Origin: a virus
Lineage: Duplodnaviria; Caudoviricetes
Length of the DNA stretch: 64,000 nucleotides
Virus record (IMG/VR): IMGVR_UViG_3300023055_000005
Direction: 5' to 3' (one strand)
The notes below the pieces were generated by a model that was not told the DNA's origin, did not search any database, and saw nothing but the letters and a program-made list of their open reading frames with translations. Positions 58,199 to 64,000 of this stretch are shown here, piece after piece. Position 1 is the first letter of the stretch; every line of letters starts with the position of its first letter. The position numbers and the translations under genes are program-made.

Positions 58199-60280
58199 AT
58201 GACTGCAATTCGCACCGCCGCTCCGTTCGCCAACCTGCGTGGTACGTTGGACCGTTCGCGGACTGCCCCGGTCTATGACCCGGAACAGATCCCGTCGCAC
58301 TGCCCGATGTTCTACATCTTCGCAGAGAAGGGTCCGACCCTGCCGCAGCTCGTGAGCGGCGCGGGCTTCGAACAGATGTACGGCATCAAATCGCTGGATG
58401 CACGTGGCAAGTTCGCCACCCACCAGCTCCCGTTCGTCAAGCTGATGAACGCCAACGCCAACGCCATGTTCGTCCAGCGTGTGATCGACCCGGCAGCAGC
58501 TGACGCTGCCACCTGGGCGCTCTACGTGGACATGGTCAAGGACCAGATCAAGCAGTACGAGCGCGGTACGGACGGTCGCTTCAAGCTCGACACCAACCAG
58601 CAGAAGATCCCCACCGGCGAAACCGTCGAAGGTTGGGTCGTCCGCCTGGCATGGGGCGAGCACGTCAAGGGTGACCTGGGCGTGGCAAGCCAGACCACCG
58701 GCATGCTGGTCTCCAGCACCGGCGAGCAGTCCACCATGTTCCCGATCTGGGAAATCAGCGTGTCCGATCCGGGCGCGTATGGCAAGAACCTCGGCATCCG
58801 CCTGTCGGCGCCGAATGTCAACTCGCAGCCGGCTGGCCTGGACGAAGCAACCGTCCTGAGCAACAAGGCCTACCTGTATCGCCTGGCCGCCGTTGAGCGT
58901 CCCAATGCCGCCAGCTCCGCTGTCGTGCAGGAAGGCGTGAAGGGTCAGCGTTACCTGGACTTCTCGTTCAAGGACGGCGTGATCTCGGCTGAAGACCAGG
59001 CCTTCTACATCGGCGATTCGCTGGTGGAGACCTGGCGTGAAGTGGAAGACAGCGGCGTGCTGCGCAAGCAGGGTCCGTTCGGTGCGCAGTTCATCTACCA
59101 GGACAACCTGGAAGAAGTGCTGACCCGTCTGTTCGAAGCGGAACAGCCCTTCGGCCTGCTGGGTGAAGACGACGATGCTGCCGAGAACTACCACCTGGTC
59201 AACTTCCTGACCGCGACCGACCAGTACCTCACCCCGTACTTCGCGGTGGAACTGCGCGGCCCGCTGCAGGGTGGCCTGCTGTTCGATGCCAGCTCCACGC
59301 ATTACGCGGTGGGTGGTGAAGACGGCAAGACCGATGCGAAGACCTTCAACGAGCTGGTGCGCGAACAGGCGCAGAACTTCGGCGAGCTGGAAGCGGATCT
59401 GTACGACACCGCGGTCTACGACATGTCCGTGTTCTACGATTCCGGTTTCGACATGGACACGAAGAACGCGCTGCTGTCGATCATCGGCAAGCGTTACGAC
59501 GTGGCCGTGATCGTGGCGACGCAGGACGTGGACCGTCCGATCAATGCCCCCGAAGCCGACTCCTCGGCCGCGATGGCACTGTCGACCCGCGCGTCGAACT
59601 ACCCCGAGTCGGTTCTGTTCGGTACGCCTGCCTGCCGCGCTGCGGTGGTTGCTGGCGCCGGCAAGCTGAAGAACCAGTCGGTCTACCGTGGCCTGCTGCC
59701 CTTCACCTACGAAATCGCCAACATGTGCTCGAAGTTCATGGGCGCTGGCAACGGTTTCTGGGCGGACGAGTACTCGATGGATGAGTACCCGAACAACGTG
59801 ATGTCGTCCTTCAAGGACACCAACATCGTGTTCCGCCGTGCAGGGGCTCGTGACGAAGACTGGCGCAACAACATGATCTACGCCCAGAACTTCGATCGCC
59901 GCTCGGCGCACTTCCCGGCGTTCCAGACCGTGTACCAGGATGACTCCTCGGTGCTCAACTCGCTGGTGACGATGTTCGCCATCGTCGAGGTCGAGAAGAT
60001 CTGCCAGCGCGTGTGGCGTCGTCTGACGGGCATCTCCAAGCTGACCGGTGAGCAGTTCGCCGAGCGCTCGGATCGCCTGATCAACGCCGAGCTGAAGGAT
60101 CGCTTCGGCACCCGCTTCATCTTCACCGCTGTCACCAGCTTCACCCCGGACGACACCCAGCGTGGTTACAGCTGGTCGACCCAGGTGGACGTCGGTGCCA
60201 ACGGCCAGATGACCGTGGGTAGCTACACGATCGTCGCTCGTCGCCGTGCCGACATGGAAGCGAGCCAGACGGGGGCGTAA
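58199..60280 (+). CDS. Tail sheath protein (phiKZ gp29-like)
   Basis: 693 aa; PEQIPSHCPMFYIFAEKGP; FYDSGFDMDTK; YPESVLFGTPACRA; HFPAFQTVY. Confidence 0.88.
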   Translation: MTAIRTAAPFANLRGTLDRSRTAPVYDPEQIPSHCPMFYIFAEKGPTLPQLVSGAGFEQMYGIKSLDARGKFATHQLPFVKLMNANANAMFVQRVIDPAAADAATWALYVDMVKDQIKQYERGTDGRFKLDTNQQKIPTGETVEGWVVRLAWGEHVKGDLGVASQTTGMLVSSTGEQSTMFPIWEISVSDPGAYGKNLGIRLSAPNVNSQPAGLDEATVLSNKAYLYRLAAVERPNAASSAVVQEGVKGQRYLDFSFKDGVISAEDQAFYIGDSLVETWREVEDSGVLRKQGPFGAQFIYQDNLEEVLTRLFEAEQPFGLLGEDDDAAENYHLVNFLTATDQYLTPYFAVELRGPLQGGLLFDASSTHYAVGGEDGKTDAKTFNELVREQAQNFGELEADLYDTAVYDMSVFYDSGFDMDTKNALLSIIGKRYDVAVIVATQDVDRPINAPEADSSAAMALSTRASNYPESVLFGTPACRAAVVAGAGKLKNQSVYRGLLPFTYEIANMCSKFMGAGNGFWADEYSMDEYPNNVMSSFKDTNIVFRRAGARDEDWRNNMIYAQNFDRRSAHFPAFQTVYQDDSSVLNSLVTMFAIVEVEKICQRVWRRLTGISKLTGEQFAERSDRLINAELKDRFGTRFIFTAVTSFTPDDTQRGYSWSTQVDVGANGQMTVGSYTIVARRRADMEASQTGA

Positions 60281-60333
60281 GCCCCCCGATGGTCACGCCC
60301 TGAACCCGTTTACTACAACTCAGGAGTTACTCC

Positions 60334-61203
60334 ATGCGTTTGAAAGACGCTCTCGCGGGTCAGAAGGGTCCGAACCGCTTCGGCCACGCTCCGACCCTGG
60401 ACACCCGTTACGGCGCGTCGATGGGCTTCACTCCGGATTACAAGGCGTACGTTTCCAATGCGCCTTTCGTCCGCCGGAACCTCTTCGCGCTGCTGCTGGA
60501 AGCCCCCGCTGGTTTCCAGAACCTGCCCAACCCGGAATACTGGGTTGGCGCCCTGAAGGCCCTGATCGAAGAGCAGTCGCTCGTGATCGAAGGTCTGACC
60601 GGTACGCTGACCGCGTCCTTCGAAGACACCCCGTTCGGTGGTGCCGGCGAAATGATGCAGGCAGTCTCGGACATGAAGCGCGAGCGCTCCCAGCCCTCGC
60701 ACACCGTGAACGAGAAGTACGGCCGCTCCTGGAACAAGTTCCTGGAAGGCTGGATGACCGGTCTGCTGATGGACCCGGAAAGCAAGGTTCCCACCGTGAT
60801 GGCCAACAGCGTTGCTGCCAACCGTCCGACGGACCTGCTGCCGGACGTGGTCGGTGCCACCGTGCTCTACATCGAGCCGGACCCCACCCACACCCATCCG
60901 CTGAAGGCCTACCTGACCACCAACATGATGCCGGAAACCGGCGGCGAAGTACAGAGCCGTCGCGACCTGACGCAGGCTGGTGAGAAGCTGGACATCCCGA
61001 TTCGTTTCTCGGGCGTGACCCAGCAGGGCGAAGGCGTGCTCCGCTTCGCCGAGCAGATGATGCGCCGGATCAACATGACCGGCGTCAATCCGAACCTGCG
61101 TCCGGCCTTCATGGACCGGATCAGCGCCGACGTCAGCGCGCTGTCGGATACCGGTTACGTCGAGGCGATCAACCGCCAGGCCAACACCGCGATCAACCCG
61201 TAA
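60334..61203 (+). CDS. Tail tube protein (phiKZ gp30-like)
   Basis: 289 aa right after the sheath gene; YVSNAPFVRRN; EKYGRSWNKFLEGWM; LYIEPDPT; TNMMP. Confidence 0.85.
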   Translation: MRLKDALAGQKGPNRFGHAPTLDTRYGASMGFTPDYKAYVSNAPFVRRNLFALLLEAPAGFQNLPNPEYWVGALKALIEEQSLVIEGLTGTLTASFEDTPFGGAGEMMQAVSDMKRERSQPSHTVNEKYGRSWNKFLEGWMTGLLMDPESKVPTVMANSVAANRPTDLLPDVVGATVLYIEPDPTHTHPLKAYLTTNMMPETGGEVQSRRDLTQAGEKLDIPIRFSGVTQQGEGVLRFAEQMMRRINMTGVNPNLRPAFMDRISADVSALSDTGYVEAINRQANTAINP

Positions 61204-61214
61204 CTTGGGTTGGA

Positions 61215-61250
61215 CATATCGGGAGGGGCTTCGGCCCCTCCCTTTATGCC
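61215..61250. terminator. CATA-hairpin-TATGCC element after the tail tube gene
   Basis: GGGAGGGGC-ttcg-GCCCCTCCC. Confidence 0.75.
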
Positions 61251-61263
61251 GGATTCCAATATC

Positions 61264-61280
61264 TTTCAACCCTATATCAC
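61264..61280 (+). promoter_or_regulatory. Putative early (vRNAP) promoter
   Basis: TTTCAACCCTATATCAC upstream of the membrane-protein block. Confidence 0.55.
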
Positions 61281-61322
61281 CTTACTGCAATACCTTCAGT
61301 AATTCACCACCAATGGAGTTCC

Positions 61323-61673
61323 ATGATGCTCGTCCTTAAAGTAATCGTCACCATCTTCGCGGTGGGAACCCTCATCTTCAACATCTCGATGGGGTTCTCT
61401 TGGATCTCACACTTCTACATCAGCAGGGGGAAAGACAACTATCACTTCGACTACAGTGGGGGACTTCATGTTCACGGGGAACAGCAACTGGTGCTGATCG
61501 AGATCGGCTCCTTCGTACTGGCAGCACTTGCAACAATCTTGGCTCTACTTTCGATGTACCTGCACTACGCTCTTGTTGTCAACTTTGCGATCGCTACGAT
61601 GTTCGCATTGGGCAGCGCACGAGGCATTCGTCACCAACGCCTCATCCCCATTTCCCATCGTTTCCATTTGTAG
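61323..61673 (+). CDS. Small membrane protein
   Basis: 116 aa with 2-3 hydrophobic segments; GGAG RBS; AT-richer. Confidence 0.6.
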   Translation: MMLVLKVIVTIFAVGTLIFNISMGFSWISHFYISRGKDNYHFDYSGGLHVHGEQQLVLIEIGSFVLAALATILALLSMYLHYALVVNFAIATMFALGSARGIRHQRLIPISHRFHL

Positions 61674-61682
61674 GAGAGCCCC

Positions 61683-61922
61683 ATGGCTTCGCAAATCAAT
61701 CAGACACAACTGCGGCTGGTCCGCGTTGTCGACTCACCGACCGGCCCGGTCCATGTTCCGGCCAAGACCTTCCCGCGCAAGAACTTCGTTCAGCGCGCCT
61801 GGGATGACGATCCGGCTGCCGTGGTCGCTGGCGGCATTGTGCTGCTCGGCGTGGGCATCATTGCTGGTGCTCTGATCCACGAGCACTTCTTCGATGAGCC
61901 GCCGCAGTTCCACTACCTGTAA
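61683..61922 (+). CDS. Small single-pass membrane protein
   Basis: 79 aa; AVVAGGIVLLGVGIIAGALI; AGGAG RBS. Confidence 0.65.
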   Translation: MASQINQTQLRLVRVVDSPTGPVHVPAKTFPRKNFVQRAWDDDPAAVVAGGIVLLGVGIIAGALIHEHFFDEPPQFHYL

Positions 61923-61946
61923 ACCAATCGCACACAAGGAACCCCG

Positions 61947-62312
61947 ATGTTCGTTATCAACCTGTTTGACGTGCTTTTCGCCATCCTCTTTACTGGTCCC
62001 CTGCTGTTCTGGGGATGGGTCATGAAACGCACGTGGAACAAGAGCGTGGCTAATCGAAGGATCGATACGTTCTGGACTAAGGCCACGCTGGCAATAGACC
62101 ATGATGACCGACGTTACCGTGGCCATGCCATCATTTGGAACGCGGTCTTCTTCGGTCTTATCGTGATGGGCATTCTGGTTCCAGTGGTCATCATGCTAGC
62201 CTGGGGGCGCTCGTGGGTCGTCTTGATCCCGAGCGCCGTTTCCCTCTACCCCATTCTTACCATGACGGCTTACCGCTCATGGTGTTCCACCCGAGTTTCA
62301 ACCAGCGCATAA
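61947..62312 (+). CDS. Small membrane protein
   Basis: 121 aa with three hydrophobic segments; AAGGA RBS. Confidence 0.6.
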   Translation: MFVINLFDVLFAILFTGPLLFWGWVMKRTWNKSVANRRIDTFWTKATLAIDHDDRRYRGHAIIWNAVFFGLIVMGILVPVVIMLAWGRSWVVLIPSAVSLYPILTMTAYRSWCSTRVSTSA

Positions 62313-62329
62313 ACGGAGCTTCAAAGAAC

Positions 62330-62677
62330 ATGGCAATTTTCCTCTTCAGTATCCTCGCGGGCATCTACCTCACCCTCTCTGTCTGGAAGGCAATGGATGA
62401 GCGGCATCAACTCGAAGTCATTGCGGGTATGATGCCCAAGACGTTCAACCTGGAAGTGGCCGACGCACGTGAGTCGCCGCTCCTGTTCTGGTTTGGTGTG
62501 CTGGCAAGCTGCTGGCTCTGGTTCGTTCTCGGTGGGATCGCGTTCTACTTCATCTACGACGATTTCAACTACGGCTACGAGAAGATCCTGCTGTGGCCGT
62601 TCATCGCCGCACTGGTTCGCATCACCCAGCGGCTGCACGCTTACAGCCTCTACCGCGAGATCGCCAAGCTCCACTGA
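62330..62677 (+). CDS. Small membrane protein
   Basis: Probable start MAIFLFS at 62330 (115 aa); three hydrophobic segments. Confidence 0.6.
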   Translation: MAIFLFSILAGIYLTLSVWKAMDERHQLEVIAGMMPKTFNLEVADARESPLLFWFGVLASCWLWFVLGGIAFYFIYDDFNYGYEKILLWPFIAALVRITQRLHAYSLYREIAKLH

Positions 62678-62692
62678 TTCCCCTATGGGCTC

Positions 62693-62750
62693 CCGCTCTG
62701 CTCACCGAAAGGTGGGTGGGGCGGGAGATTCTATGGGACTTATTTTTTTG
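62693..62750 (+). terminator. Long hairpin plus T tract ending the membrane-protein block
   Basis: CTCCCGCTCTGCTCACC-gaaa-GGTGGGTGGGGCGGGAG followed by ttattttttt. Confidence 0.75.
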
Positions 62751-62760
62751 GTGTCTGGCT

Positions 62761-64000
62761 ATGATTCTGTTCAAAGAAGATTGGGACAAGTATTACAACC
62801 CCATTCCCGATTACAACACCACGAACGAAAGCTTCCTGAAAATGGCCTCCAAGTACAAGGCCATGGGGATCCAGAACTACCACTGGCATCTGGCGCTGAT
62901 GCAGCCGGAGCTCTCGGGCGTAGACGCACACGATCCGGACCTTGATCCGGAAATCAAGCTGATGATCAGCCGCGAGTGCAAGTTCAACCCGATGTACTTC
63001 TTCCGTGAAGTCGTCCGCATTCCGCCGCAGGGTGAACCCGAAGCTGTCCCACTGCGGGCCAACCGCGGCAACATGGCTCTGTACTGGAGCTTCTTCAACA
63101 ACATCGACTGCTTCTTGATCCAGCCGCGACAGACGGGTAAGTCGGTCTCCACTGACGCCCTGTCCACCTGGATCGTTTACGTCGGTGCACGCAATACCCG
63201 CATGTACCTGATCACGAAGGATCATGCGCTGCGCAAGGCCAATATCGATCGACTCAAAACCTTCCGCGACGAACTGCCGCCGTGGATGCTGGAACGTTCG
63301 GCAGCAGATGCCAACAACAGCGAAGAGATCAGCTACATGGCGCTGGGCAACCGCTACAGCACCGGCGTGTCGCAGGGCGACCCCAAGGGCGCTGACAAGC
63401 TGGGTCGTGGTCTGACCGTGCCTGTGCTGCACTTCGATGAGCCGCCGTACGTTGACTACATCGGCATCACGCTGCCCGTGGCCATTTCCTCGGGTAACGC
63501 GGCGCGTGAGAATGCCCGACGTAACGGCCAGCCCTCCGGGATCATCTACACAACTACCGCAGGTCGAAAGGATGACCGTGACGGTGGCTTCATGTACGAC
63601 GTGCTGATGGGTGGCACGGTGTGGAACGAGGCCTACTTCGATTGTAAGGACAACGCCGAGCTGATTGAGACGGTGAAGGCCAACGGTCGTGACAAGGTCT
63701 CCCCGCTGCTGAACATCACCATGTCCCATCGTCAGTTGGGTCTGACCGACGAATGGCTGCACGTGGCAATGGCCAAGGCCAAGATCTCCGGTGAAGCGGC
63801 CGACCGCGATTACCTGAACATCTGGACCTCTGGTACGCAGAGTTCCCCACTGACCCCCGCACAGAACGAGGCCATCCGTCTGAGCGAAATGGAGATCGTG
63901 GAAAACGAGATCCACCGTGAAGGTCGTTACGCATTGCGCAAGTACTTCGACAGCGAAGACTTCATGTACGTGCATGACAACAGTCACTTCCTGGCCGGTA
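62761..64000 (+). CDS. terL: Terminase large subunit, 5' part (phiKZ gp25-like; runs off the window end)
   Basis: Hand translation from 62761: MILFKEDWDKYY...NPMYFFREVVRIP...NRGN...LIQPRQTGKS (Walker A)...VLHFDEP (Walker B); missing from the ORF track because no stop is in the window. Confidence 0.9.
   Translation, partial: MILFKEDWDKYYNPIPDYNTTNESFLKMASKYKAMGIQNYHWHLALMQPELSGVDAHDPDLDPEIKLMISRECKFNPMYFFREVVRIPPQGEPEAVPLRANRGNMALYWSFFNNIDCFLIQPRQTGKSVSTDALSTWIVYVGARNTRMYLITKDHALRKANIDRLKTFRDELPPWMLERSAADANNSEEISYMALGNRYSTGVSQGDPKGADKLGRGLTVPVLHFDEPPYVDYIGITLPVAISSGNAARENARRNGQPSGIIYTTTAGRKDDRDGGFMYDVLMGGTVWNEAYFDCKDNAELIETVKANGRDKVSPLLNITMSHRQLGLTDEWLHVAMAKAKISGEAADRDYLNIWTSGTQSSPLTPAQNEAIRLSEMEIVENEIHREGRYALRKYFDSEDFMYVHDNSHFLAG

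Noticed and set aside
1-64000. tRNA genes, integrase, transposase, chimallin or tubulin
   Set aside because: None recognised by eye in this window; a tRNAscan-SE/ARAGORN and HMM run would be needed to exclude them formally.

Overview
This window is part of a GC-rich phiKZ-like jumbo myophage genome (Chimalliviridae-type gene set). No chimallin or PhuZ gene lies in the window, so nucleus formation is not shown directly. Left to right it holds: a tail-fibre/baseplate cluster with NPH repeats; RNase HI; a central tail spike; an SbcC-like ATPase; a RecA/UvsX recombinase; three virion RNA polymerase subunit genes (gp149-, gp180- and gp178-like) plus a gp176-like gene; an accessory block with a SLOG protein and two NADAR-like paralogs; a gp182-like protein; a ~2420-aa gp181-like tail protein with both a lytic transglycosylase and a DUF5675-like domain; the gp175-like head protease; the gp26-gp30-like block (tail sheath, tail tube); four small membrane ORFs; and the 5' part of the terminase large subunit. 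The most unusual element is a ~550-nt non-coding, densely base-paired region (about 50760-51316) after the protease gene. It looks like a large structured RNA of no class I can recognise, and it ends in a tmRNA-tag-like mini-ORF. Gene junctions carry a family of CATA-hairpin-TATG(CC) elements, and accessory blocks are preceded by a TTTnAAnnnTATATCAY promoter-like motif. Homolog names (gpNNN) come from recalled motifs and synteny, not from database searches.
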